37,394 bases of DNA, from positions 1-37,394 of the forward strand of contig JBCCXZ010000037.1 in the NCBI GenBank assembly GCA_039190745.1. Direction: 5' to 3'. Source of the DNA: Planctomycetota bacterium (lineage in GTDB: Bacteria; Planctomycetota; Planctomycetia; Pirellulales; Lacipirellulaceae). The notes beneath the pieces were generated by a model. The model had not been told where the DNA came from. It did no database searches and saw only the letters and a list, made by a program, of their open reading frames with translations. Shown here piece after piece: positions 20,167 to 29,140 of the stretch. The position numbers were made by a program, and so were the translations under genes. Each line of letters starts with the position of its first letter. The first letter of the stretch is position 1.

Positions 20167-20802
20167 TTAATAGCCCGGGAAGCCCAGGCCCCGCATGATC
20201 TCCCAACGCGCAACGTCCTTGCCGCTGACCAACGGACCCTGCTCTTGGCGAGCACGGTCGTATTGCGGGCCCGAGAAGGGCTTCCGCACCTGAGAACGCC
20301 CCGCGAGTGCGTTGCTGTTCCCCGTCGCGAACCGGTTCGATCCCCCGCGCTGCAGCCCGGAAGAAACCGTGCGCGACCCGGAGTAAGGATTGCTAAAGCC
20401 CCCCACGCTGGGAGACCGCCGCTGCGAGACCGCCATCTGTCGGCCCTTGGCCGCCGATGCGTTTCGGTTCCGGACCGAAGCCCGTTCGTCTTGGAACTTG
20501 ATCAGCCAGATCCGCATCTGGTCTGGGTCTTTGCTCCGCAGGTCCGCCATGTATTTCTTGGCCTCGGCGTCCGAGATCTTCGCCGACCGCTCGAAGTAGG
20601 TCTCGAGGTACGCCCGCGCGGAGAGCATGTCTGGACTATTCCAGATCGCCTCGCGCTCGGCGTCGATGTCTCGCCCCGAGTTCTCTGAAGAACCGGGGGA
20701 CTGCGAGTGGACCGGCCCCGCCGACCACGCAGCCAACAGCAACACCACAGCGGCCAACGCCGCCGCCCGCCTATACGCTTGGTTCTTCAACACGGCTTGC
20801 AC
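20167..20802 (-). CDS. Secreted hypothetical protein
   Basis: Signal peptide (RRAAALAAVVLLLAAWSAGPVHS|Q); ERxAIWNSPDM helical core; GTG start. Confidence 0.75.
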   Translation of the reverse strand: MQAVLKNQAYRRAAALAAVVLLLAAWSAGPVHSQSPGSSENSGRDIDAEREAIWNSPDMLSARAYLETYFERSAKISDAEAKKYMADLRSKDPDQMRIWLIKFQDERASVRNRNASAAKGRQMAVSQRRSPSVGGFSNPYSGSRTVSSGLQRGGSNRFATGNSNALAGRSQVRKPFSGPQYDRARQEQGPLVSGKDVARWEIMRGLGFPGY

Positions 20803-20975
20803 GTAACCTGCTTATCCAGACTTGGGTTCAGACCTGCGTCCCAGCCCCTCTAGCATACTAGAGAACGCCCGCCTTTGGGGAGTGATTGCGCACCTCCGGC
20901 CGCATCGAGACCCGTCCAAACCCTACAACCGGCCCGAGGCTCCAATCAAACTGGCGCCATGCCCACGCCCGCGTG

Positions 20976-21077
20976 GGCATGTCTTGCATCAGATTACCTG
21001 GGTGGCACTGGCGTCTCGCCAGTGCGGCGTGCCAGAAAAAACCTGAATGGAAAACGTGGCAAGATGCCAGCGCCACC
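20976..21077. repeat. REP-doublet unit, copy 1 (~102 bp)
   Basis: GGTGGCACTGGCGTCTCGCCAGTGC...TGGCAAGATGCCAGCGCCACC as an inverted pair of hairpins; about 90% identical to 21519-21621 by manual alignment. Confidence 0.85.
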
Positions 21078-21123
21078 CACGGCTTCTTGATTCTGGCAGC
21101 CATGCCCACGCGGGCGTAAGTAT

Positions 21124-21502
21124 ATCCGGGAATTCGGCGGTGCAGATTCCTCACTGCGGATCGCGACACAAACGGCCCCGGAGGGGCCAAGTCGTGTAGC
21201 CCGGGGCAAGGCCCCCGTGAGCGCAGCGAACCGGGCCGCAGCCCCGGGTTAGTTGTTGATTCTTACCGCGGCCGAGCAGTCGGCGTGGTGATAATCGGCG
21301 GTCGATCAAGGCCGCAGCCATCCGCGGCCTGGGGGAGTCCTCGGCTGAACGCCGATTGCGGCGGGGTCGCACGCTCGGACGCCGTGCGTCGCTCGATTCA
21401 ACCCGGGGCGGCGCCTGCCTGCTGCAGGCTTGCCCCGGGCTACACGCTGTCGCCCCTCCGGGGCTTCACTCAGGGCATCACCTGCAGGATAAATTCCCGG
21501 AT
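21124..21502. mobile_element. MITE/REP-like palindromic element with nested inverted repeats (non-autonomous)
   Basis: Perfect IRs: ATCCGGGAATT 21124-34/21492-502; GCCCCGGAGGGGC 21175-87/21452-64; CGTGTAGCCCGGGGCAAG 21193-210/21429-46; GCCCCGGGTT 21241-50/21400-09; no credible ORF. Confidence 0.65.
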
Positions 21503-21518
21503 GCTCTCACGTCCGAAT

Positions 21519-21621
21519 GGCATGTCTTGCATCAGAGTCCCTGGGTGACACTGGCGTCTCGCCAGTGCGGCCTGCCAGAAAACAGCTGAATAGAAAACGC
21601 TGGCAAGATACCAGTGCCACC
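21519..21621. repeat. REP-doublet unit, copy 2
   Basis: Direct repeat of 20976-21077 with about 10 differences. Confidence 0.85.
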
Positions 21622-21678
21622 TCGGCTGCTTCCGCGCCTCTCTGCGTCCTCAGCGTCCTCCGCGGTGAATCCCCCGCC

Positions 21679-23085
21679 TCAATCCACCGCTAGCCCCAGA
21701 TACTCTCGGGCATTCGAGTAACAAATTCCCCGCACCATCTGCCCAACGAGTGCATCGTCCGCCGGCAGGGCGCCACGCTCCATCTCCGCTCCCAAGAAGT
21801 CGCACAAACACCGCCGGAAGTACTCGTGCCGCGGGAACGACAAGAACGATCGCGAGTCGGTCAGCATCCCCACGAACCGCGAGAGCAGACCCAAGTTTGC
21901 AAGAGTACGCATCTGCTCGGTCATCCCGTCCCACTGATCGAGGAACCACCAGCCGCTCCCCCACTGCACCTTGCCCGGGGTCTCGCCGTCCTGGAAGTTC
22001 CCCGCCATCGAGGCGAACACGTGGTTGTGCGCCGGGTTGATGTTGTACAGGACCGTCTTCGGCAGCCGCCCTTCGAGATCCAGCTGCCCCAAATACCAGG
22101 AGAGCGTCTCCGCCTGCGGGCGGTCGCCGATCGAGTCGCACCCGATGTCCCGCCCCAGTGACCGATACAGCCTCAGGTTGTTGTTCCGCAGCGGCCCGAT
22201 GTGCAGCTGCTTCGTCCAGCCCCGCTCGGCGTCCCAGCGGCCGAACTCCAACATGAGGTAGGTTCCGAACCGCCGGTGCTCGTCCGGCGTCGCCGGCGTG
22301 CCGGCCAGCGCCGTCTGGAAGATCGCTGCCGCCTCTTGTTCCGTACACGGCGAAGCGAAGCACTGCTCCACCCCGTGGTCCGAGAGCCGGCACCCCGCCC
22401 CGTGAAACGCATCGTGCCGATGCTTGAGCGCACCGAGGAGCCCATCGATCGTACGGATCTCCTGCCCGGCGCGCTCGCCAAGCCGCCCCAGCCACGACCG
22501 CCATTCCTCCGGCTCGTCCACCCGCAACGCCGCGTCCGGCCGGAAAGTCGGGTACACCTTTGTCGCACAATCAGAAGCCGCGATCGCCTCGTGGTCCGCC
22601 AGATCGTCCGCCGGGTCGTCGGTCGAGCAAACCGCACGCACGCCGAACCGCTCCATCATCCCCCGGCACGTCATCCCGTCGGAAGCGAGCGTGGCGTTGG
22701 CCTGCTCCCAAACCTCCTCGGCGCTCGCTTCGCTGAGCAGCCCGTCGAAGCCGAAGTACCGCTTCAGCTCCAGGTGCGTCCAGTGGTACAGCGGGTTGCC
22801 CAGCGTCTGCGGCACGGTCCGCGCCCAAGCCAGGAACTTCTCCTTCGGCGCCGCGTCCCCCGTGCAAAGCCGCTCGGGCACGCCCGCGGTGCGCATCGCC
22901 CGCCACTTGTAGTGATCGCCCTCGAGCCACGCCTCGAACAGGTCGCCAAACCGGCGGTCCGCCGCGATATCGGCCGGAGGCAAGTGCGTGTGGTAATCCA
23001 GAATCGGCTCGTCCGCCGCGTACCCGTGGTACAGCCGCCGAGCCGCCTCAGTCTGGAGAAGGAAATCGTCTTGGATGAAGGTCAT
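21679..23085 (-). CDS. uxaC: Uronate (glucuronate) isomerase
   Basis: PILDYHTHL, GDHYKWRAMR, GNPLYHWTHLEL, STDDPAD, SDHG, QLHIGPLRNNN, GSGWWFLDQ, GMLTDSRSFLSFPRHEYFRR. Confidence 0.97.
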   Translation of the reverse strand: MTFIQDDFLLQTEAARRLYHGYAADEPILDYHTHLPPADIAADRRFGDLFEAWLEGDHYKWRAMRTAGVPERLCTGDAAPKEKFLAWARTVPQTLGNPLYHWTHLELKRYFGFDGLLSEASAEEVWEQANATLASDGMTCRGMMERFGVRAVCSTDDPADDLADHEAIAASDCATKVYPTFRPDAALRVDEPEEWRSWLGRLGERAGQEIRTIDGLLGALKHRHDAFHGAGCRLSDHGVEQCFASPCTEQEAAAIFQTALAGTPATPDEHRRFGTYLMLEFGRWDAERGWTKQLHIGPLRNNNLRLYRSLGRDIGCDSIGDRPQAETLSWYLGQLDLEGRLPKTVLYNINPAHNHVFASMAGNFQDGETPGKVQWGSGWWFLDQWDGMTEQMRTLANLGLLSRFVGMLTDSRSFLSFPRHEYFRRCLCDFLGAEMERGALPADDALVGQMVRGICYSNAREYLGLAVD

Positions 23086-23106
23086 GAGTACCGTTCTTCT
23101 CCGAGT

Positions 23107-23352
23107 TCACTCAGCCATCATAGAAAGCACCAGGTACGGCGTCAGGTTCAGCACAAAGATTGCCGTTTTGAACGCCGCCATCCCCGCGTAGTGGATCGCG
23201 TCAAACTGCTCTACGCTCACCCGGAACAGCCGCCCATGGAAGCGGTACATCCAATCGTGCGCCAGCCAGAAGAACCCGAGCCACCAAATCAACAACCCTG
23301 AGTTGATCAGCGCACACCAGCCGAAGAACTCACGCAACATTCCAGCGTCCAT
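23107..23352 (-). CDS. Small membrane protein, DUF6868-like
   Basis: FFGWCALINSGLLIWW...HDWMYRFHGRLF..SVEQFDAIHYAGMAAFK..IFVLNLTPYLVL; GGGGGTG RBS before ATG 23352. Confidence 0.75.
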   Translation of the reverse strand: MDAGMLREFFGWCALINSGLLIWWLGFFWLAHDWMYRFHGRLFRVSVEQFDAIHYAGMAAFKTAIFVLNLTPYLVLSMMAE

Positions 23353-23680
23353 CGCACACCCCCCGCGATCGCGTCCACAGAATTGAAAATGGCCACCCAA
23401 CATGATATACAGACGTTCATGTTCAGGCCGGTCCGCACCCAACTCCTTCCGCACTCCGCAATCCCCGATTTCTTGATGAACCAAGCCCGCAATCGAAAAA
23501 CTCGACACGTCCAGACGTAAACTCCAAATGTAAAGTCCGCATGGAACCAGCCGCGACGCTACGCATCGCGGGCAAACCCACGACCGGCCCGGACAAAACA
23601 ACGGACTTTTGGCGTATCGCCGCGTGTACCGGAATCCGTGCCTAAAGACAAAACCCCCGGCCTCTGGATCACAACGCCCG

Positions 23681-24490
23681 CTAGATCGTCGTCGCCGAGA
23701 ACCCGCCGTCCACCACCAGATTCTCCCCCGTCACAAACGACGAAGCCCGGTGCGAAGCCAGCCACACCACCGCCCCGGCCAACTCCTCGGCCTTGCCGAA
23801 CCGACGCATCGGCGTGTGCCCGATGATCTGCCCGCCCCGCTCCGAGTAGCTGCCGTCTTCGTTGTACAAGAGCGCCCGGTTCTGATCGGCCGGGAAGAAG
23901 CCCGGGCTGATCGCGTTCACCCGCACGCCCGCCTCGGCCCACTCCCGGGCCAAGAACCGCGTGAAGTTGATCACCGCCGCCTTCGCCGCCGAGTACCCCA
24001 CCACCCGCGACAGCGGCGTCATACCCGACATCGAAGCGATATGAATGATGCTACCCCGACCGGCCTTGACCATCGGCTTGCCGAACACCTGCGCCGGCAG
24101 CACCGCCCCGCCGATCAGATTCATGTCTACCACGTTGCGGAAGGCTTCGGTCGACATCCCGCAAAAGTCGGCCCCCGGCGGCAGCGTCGCCTCCGGCAAG
24201 TTACCCCCCGCGGCGCTCACCAGCACGTCGGCCGGTCCCAGCCGCTCGGCGATCGCGTCCCGCGCCTCGGCGAGCGAATCCGCACTCGTCGCGTCCGCCG
24301 CCTGGAACACCGCCGTGCAGCCGGCCTGCCCCAAGGCATCGACCCGCTGCGCCCCGCGCTCCGCGTTCCGGCCCACGACTGCCACTTTCGCACCGTGCGA
24401 GCCCAAGGCCTCGGCCATCGCCCCGCCCAACGCGCCGGTGCCGCCGATCACCACCGCCGTGCTGCCGGCCAAGTCAAACAGGTTCGCCAT
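23681..24490 (-). CDS. SDR oxidoreductase, D-mannonate/fructuronate oxidoreductase-like (SDR-type UxuB)
   Basis: GGTGALG, AAGGN, IASMSG, PLSRVVGYSAAKAAV (YxxxK), RVNAISPGFFPADQNRALL, HTPMRRFG; adjacent to uxaC. Confidence 0.85.
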   Translation of the reverse strand: MANLFDLAGSTAVVIGGTGALGGAMAEALGSHGAKVAVVGRNAERGAQRVDALGQAGCTAVFQAADATSADSLAEARDAIAERLGPADVLVSAAGGNLPEATLPPGADFCGMSTEAFRNVVDMNLIGGAVLPAQVFGKPMVKAGRGSIIHIASMSGMTPLSRVVGYSAAKAAVINFTRFLAREWAEAGVRVNAISPGFFPADQNRALLYNEDGSYSERGGQIIGHTPMRRFGKAEELAGAVVWLASHRASSFVTGENLVVDGGFSATTI

Positions 24491-24514
24491 GAGTCATTGA
24501 TTCCTAAACGCTTC

Positions 24515-26218
24515 CTAATCCGCGGCCTCGGGCTCTTCGCGGGTCAGCTGCACCGCGATGACCAGAGCCAAGTAAAGGCCGACCACCACCAGCCCCGCGT
24601 TGCCAGCCTTCTTCATGATGGCCGAGACGCCCGCGGCACTCGCCGCCGTCGCCGCCAGCCCCATCAGCACGTTCCACAACACACGTCGGCCCCCGGTCGG
24701 CAACTGATCGCCCAGCAGGCTCCGCTGATTCATCATCACGAAAAACGTGACGTAAGCGATCGGCAGCAGCATCGAGCCGAACACCCCGGCGACCACGGTC
24801 AGGTAGGCCTTCGCGTCGCCGTCTCCCCAAACCAACGGCCACAGCACGCCCACCGAGGCCAGCATGCACCCGCCCCGGAAGACCCAGCCCTCGGTCGGCT
24901 CGCCGAGCACCTCGCACACGACGAAACCCGAGATGAGCATCATCAGCGAGATCGAAGACAGCGTCATGCCGACCACGCCGATGCCGAACACGATGTTGGA
25001 AAAAACCCGTCCGTCGCTGTCCTCGTCCGCGAACAGCGTCTGCAGCGACTTGGCCAAGTCGAGCGTGTCACGCTTGCACAGCACCGCGGCCAAACGCTCC
25101 TCCGCAACGCCCGGGGCGCCGGCGATCCCGTACTCCTCCGCAGCGTCGTCACGGTTTTTCAGGTTCTTCGAAAAGGCCTTCTCAAACTGCGGAGGCGGCT
25201 CCACGTTCTCCTCCGACACGACAAAGCCGTCGGGAATCTGCGTGTGGAACTGCTGCGCTGAAGCGATCACCACGCAGCACGTCGCGATCACGAACGGGAT
25301 GAAGGTCCCGGTGGAGAGGTCGAAGATCGTCAGCCCCCGGAAGGCCCGGTCCCAGCCCCGCGACAGCAGCGAGTACGGCAGCAGGAAGGTCATGTTGATC
25401 CCCACGGCCGCCGCGCCCGCAGAGAGCATCACGTCGCGCTGCTGGCTCACAATTAAGTCCGACCAGTACGAGCGGGCAGCGGGGTCGGTCACCGCCTCCA
25501 ACAACGGAGCGAAAGTGGCCGACGGCTCGTAGAGGTGCTGCGGCTTGGGCACGAACCCGGCCAGCACCGCCCCCCAGTCCAACCCGGGCTCGACGCTCGC
25601 CATCCGGAGCACGACCCCGGCGAAGGAAACAACGATCAGCGCGACAACCAGCTTCAGCACAATCTCGTACAGCCGCACGCCCCAACTGCCGCTGCCGTAG
25701 CTCCAGGTCACAACCGTGCAGATGGCCAGCGCAACGAAGGAGACAAGCCACTTGCCCGCGTCGCTCGCCTGTGTGCCGTCGGAAAGGGGGCCGTCGCCCA
25801 GGAAGATGCTCGGCAGCAGGTTCTGCTCGCACACCGCAAAGCAGAGCGAGTACTGAGGCAGCACCCAGACCATGTTGGCCATCAGCGTAGCGGCCACCCA
25901 AGACCAACCCAGCACTGGGTTGATATGCCGATTAATCGCCTGCAGCGGCCGCTCATTAGTCGAAAGAGTCACGTAGCTGATCGCACTGAGCATGATGACG
26001 CCCAGCACCATCGCGAAGGGCTGCAGCCAGAGCAGGCTCGTGCCGGCCAAGATCCCCAGGTACAGGCTGCTGCCGAGCGACCCGCCGCCCAGCGTCAGCG
26101 CGCTCTGCAGCCAGCCCGGGCCCGAAAGCCTAAGGTAAGTGGTCAGCTTGCCGGCGCCGCCCCGCTCTTCGGCTGCGAGCAGCATCTGGCGTTCGGTTTC
26201 GAAGCGTTGGTCAGACAA
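24515..26218 (-). CDS. NRAMP/APC-fold membrane transporter (atypical)
   Basis: LSGPGWLQSALTLGGGS, SLLWLQ, WGAVLAGFVP, AVGINMTFLLPYSLL, MMNQRSLLGD; about 11 TM segments; canonical DPGN motif absent; TTG start. Confidence 0.8.
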   Translation of the reverse strand: MSDQRFETERQMLLAAEERGGAGKLTTYLRLSGPGWLQSALTLGGGSLGSSLYLGILAGTSLLWLQPFAMVLGVIMLSAISYVTLSTNERPLQAINRHINPVLGWSWVAATLMANMVWVLPQYSLCFAVCEQNLLPSIFLGDGPLSDGTQASDAGKWLVSFVALAICTVVTWSYGSGSWGVRLYEIVLKLVVALIVVSFAGVVLRMASVEPGLDWGAVLAGFVPKPQHLYEPSATFAPLLEAVTDPAARSYWSDLIVSQQRDVMLSAGAAAVGINMTFLLPYSLLSRGWDRAFRGLTIFDLSTGTFIPFVIATCCVVIASAQQFHTQIPDGFVVSEENVEPPPQFEKAFSKNLKNRDDAAEEYGIAGAPGVAEERLAAVLCKRDTLDLAKSLQTLFADEDSDGRVFSNIVFGIGVVGMTLSSISLMMLISGFVVCEVLGEPTEGWVFRGGCMLASVGVLWPLVWGDGDAKAYLTVVAGVFGSMLLPIAYVTFFVMMNQRSLLGDQLPTGGRRVLWNVLMGLAATAASAAGVSAIMKKAGNAGLVVVGLYLALVIAVQLTREEPEAAD

Positions 26219-26577
26219 GTTTCGTTTGCGTTCGCTGAGGGACAGGAGATGTGGGGAGAAGCAAGCCGCGGCTTGATTAGGGACAGCACCCAGTTACCAG
26301 TGCTGATCGCTCAATCCGTAGCGGCCGATTGTAGATGCTCACGACCACGTCGCAAGCGAAGCTTGGCTCCCCGTCGCGAACACGGTTCAATCACCCGACA
26401 GGATGGCAAGAAATCGGAATCTTGCGTCGCGATTCTTCTACCCACAAACCGATCGTCGCAGCCGATTGCGAATCCTACTAAGATAGGGCTTTGATCGGCC
26501 CAACTGGACAAGCAAACCTGCGCACCCCGGCCGCTTCCCGAAGCCGGGCCCAACACCGAGGCGCTCTCTAAAGACGT

Positions 26578-27900
26578 ATGACTACCGGAAACCTCCAAAC
26601 ACCCGCCTATGTGGGCGACTCGCCTTACGAGCTCGCGGTCGCCGACGCCAAACGGCCGATTGGGACGGCCGAGCTGCACAAGCACATCGACCGCTTGTTG
26701 GAACAATGGGTCCTCAAGGCCGGGGTCGAGCGGTTGCTGCTGCTGCCGCCCGATCACACTAGGCTCCATTCCTTTGCCGGCGAGATCACCCGCCACATTT
26801 GGCGCAGCGTCTCCGACCGCGTCTCGATCGACGTCATGCCGGCGGTCGGGACGCACTTCGCGATGAGCCCCGCGCAGCTGCACATGATGTTCGGCGACGA
26901 GATCCCCCTGGAGAGGTACAAGGTTCACGACTGGCGAAACGACCTGGCCGAACTCGGCGAGATACCGGCAGAGAAACTCACCGAGTTGTCGGGGGGGCGG
27001 ATGGAGATGCCCGTGAACGTCGCGGTCAATCGCCGACTCGTCAGCGGCGACTACGATCAGGTCCTCTCAATTGGCCAGGTCCTGCCGCACGAGGTGATCG
27101 GCTTTGCCAACCACGCCAAGAACGTGTGCGTCGGGGCCGGCGGAGCCGACCTTATCCACAAGTCGCACTACCTGGGCGCCGTTTGCAACATGGAGACCAT
27201 CCTCGGCCGGGCCGATACGCCCGTACGGCGGTTGATCGACACGGCCTTCTATGACTTCGTCAGGCCGCGGTGTGACGCCCGGTTTATCCTCACCGTGGTC
27301 GGCGGCACCGGCGCCGAGCCCGGCCTGCACGGCCTCATGGCGGGGCAAGACCGCGAGTGCTTCCGCAGGGCCGCCGAGCTGTCGGCAGAGCTGAACATTA
27401 GCCGGCTGCCGAAGCGGATCGACCGTTGCGTGGTGCACCTCGACCCGCGTGAGTTTTCTTCGACCTGGCTCGGCAACAAGTCGATCTACCGCACCCGCAT
27501 GGCCATGGCCGACGGCGGCGAACTCTATGTGCTCGCCCCAGGGATTGAGACCTTTGGAGAAGACCCGACCATCGACGAGTTGGTCCGCAAGCACGGCTAC
27601 CACGGCACGCCCCGGACGCTCGACGCGGTGGACTCCGACCCGAAGCTGATGGCCAATCTGTCGGCTGCGGCCCACCTGATCCACGGCTCGACCGAAGGGC
27701 GATTCTCCGTCACGTACTGCACCGGCGACGGGCTGAGCCGTCAAGAGGTCGAGGGCGTGGGCTACAACCACTTGCCGATCAGAGAAGCCCAGCGCAGGTT
27801 CGACGTGTCCGACAAGGCGGACGGGTGGCACACCGACGCGGCCGGTGAGCCGTTCTACTTCATCAACAACCCCGCGTTGGGGCTGTGGGCGGCCGATTGA
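26578..27900 (+). CDS. LarA-superfamily nickel-pincer epimerase, probable D-mannonate/D-gluconate 2-epimerase (GntE-like)
   Basis: PPDHTR, AVGTH, LPHEVIGFANHAK-x15-H, STWLGNKSIYRTRMA; divergent from the uxaC/SDR operon. Confidence 0.8.
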   Translation: MTTGNLQTPAYVGDSPYELAVADAKRPIGTAELHKHIDRLLEQWVLKAGVERLLLLPPDHTRLHSFAGEITRHIWRSVSDRVSIDVMPAVGTHFAMSPAQLHMMFGDEIPLERYKVHDWRNDLAELGEIPAEKLTELSGGRMEMPVNVAVNRRLVSGDYDQVLSIGQVLPHEVIGFANHAKNVCVGAGGADLIHKSHYLGAVCNMETILGRADTPVRRLIDTAFYDFVRPRCDARFILTVVGGTGAEPGLHGLMAGQDRECFRRAAELSAELNISRLPKRIDRCVVHLDPREFSSTWLGNKSIYRTRMAMADGGELYVLAPGIETFGEDPTIDELVRKHGYHGTPRTLDAVDSDPKLMANLSAAAHLIHGSTEGRFSVTYCTGDGLSRQEVEGVGYNHLPIREAQRRFDVSDKADGWHTDAAGEPFYFINNPALGLWAAD

Positions 27901-27945
27901 CGCTGCGTAACCGGCTGCCGGCTTGGGCGGTCACCGGTTCGCAAT

Positions 27946-28992
27946 CTAGGAGGAAATCTTCACCGCGCGGCCGGACGAGGCGGACTTGTAAACGGCATTG
28001 ATCACCTCAACCGAACGGCGGCCTTCGTGGCCGTCAATCGCCGGCGGCCGGTCGTTCTTGATGGCCGAAACGAAGTCCTTGAACAACAGGGCGTGGGCGT
28101 GGTGGCCGATCGCGGCCGGGTCGGATGCCCCGCCGCCGGAGCTCTTGGACTTCTTCATCGACTCGAGGATCGCCGCGTCGCCCCGGCCTCGCTTGGCGAA
28201 GTCCCATTTGATGATGTCCTCTTCTTCGAGGACCGCGGTTCCCCCGATTCCGTGCAGCTCGATCCGCTTGAGATAACCGGGGTAGACCGCCGTGGAGGCC
28301 TCGAGCACTCCAAGGGCGCCGTTCTCGAAGCGGAGGATCGCTGTGGCAACGTCTTCGACCTCGATCCGCTCGTGGGCGAGGGTCGCGGTGTGCGCCCTTA
28401 CCTCCGTGACCGGGCCCATGAGCCAGAGGAGCAGGTCGACGGTGTGGATGGCTTGGTTCATCAGGGCGCCGCCGCCGTCGAGTTTCCACGTGCCCCGCCA
28501 GGCTCCGCTGTGGTAATACTCTTGCGATCGGTACCACTTCACGTAGGCGTCGCCGAGGGTCAGCTTTCCAAAGCGTCCCGCGTTTACCGCCTTCTTCATG
28601 GCGATCGACGAATCATGGAACCGAGAGGGGAAGATCGTGGCCAGCTTGACTCCGTTCTTCTCGCAGGCGGCGATGATGCGGTCGCAGCGGCGGGTCGTCA
28701 CTTCGAGCGGCTTCTCGACAACGACGTGCTTGCCGGCTTCCGCAGCCGCGACCGCGGGTTCGAGGTGTACGCCGCTGGGCGTGGCGACGGAGACCACGTC
28801 GACTTGGTCGTCTTTCATCAAGTCTTTGATGTTGACGTATTCGGCGCAGTCGTGCTCTGCGGCGAACTTCACCGCGGCTTCAGGGTTGCGGTCGCAACAA
28901 GCCACCAGCTTGGCGCCACGAACCTCAGCAAGGGCCCGCGCATGAAACGTGCTGATCATGCCGGTGCCGACGATAGCGAATCCAAGGGCCAT
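27946..28992 (-). CDS. Gfo/Idh/MocA family oxidoreductase (cytoplasmic)
   Basis: FAIVGTGMIS, VATPSGVH, GKHVVVEKP, WRGTWKLDGGGALMNQAIHTVD. Confidence 0.93.
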   Translation of the reverse strand: MALGFAIVGTGMISTFHARALAEVRGAKLVACCDRNPEAAVKFAAEHDCAEYVNIKDLMKDDQVDVVSVATPSGVHLEPAVAAAEAGKHVVVEKPLEVTTRRCDRIIAACEKNGVKLATIFPSRFHDSSIAMKKAVNAGRFGKLTLGDAYVKWYRSQEYYHSGAWRGTWKLDGGGALMNQAIHTVDLLLWLMGPVTEVRAHTATLAHERIEVEDVATAILRFENGALGVLEASTAVYPGYLKRIELHGIGGTAVLEEEDIIKWDFAKRGRGDAAILESMKKSKSSGGGASDPAAIGHHAHALLFKDFVSAIKNDRPPAIDGHEGRRSVEVINAVYKSASSGRAVKISS

Positions 28993-29140
28993 AGAGAGTC
29001 TGTTCGGTGTTGGCGTTCAGATGAGGTATACGGGATGATTACTGATCATGTTTGTAGAGATCGCGATTAGCCAGATCAAGCCGGAGCAATCGGATTCAAA
29101 GTCGCGAAAAAGCCGAGTTGGAACACCGATTTTTTGGAAA

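Noticed and set aside
20822..21589. Short ORFs across the repeat cluster
   Set aside because: They are translations of palindromic GC-rich repeats with no RBS or protein-like composition.
20956..21671. CRISPR array
   Set aside because: Repeats are few, long, nested and inverted, with no constant repeat-spacer period and no cas genes.
23609..25261. Long antisense or alternative-frame ORFs (also 18692..20092, 6336..7331, 22201..23301, 28027..29070, 11017..11961)
   Set aside because: Shadow ORFs opposite well-supported genes, typical of high-GC codon bias; no motifs.
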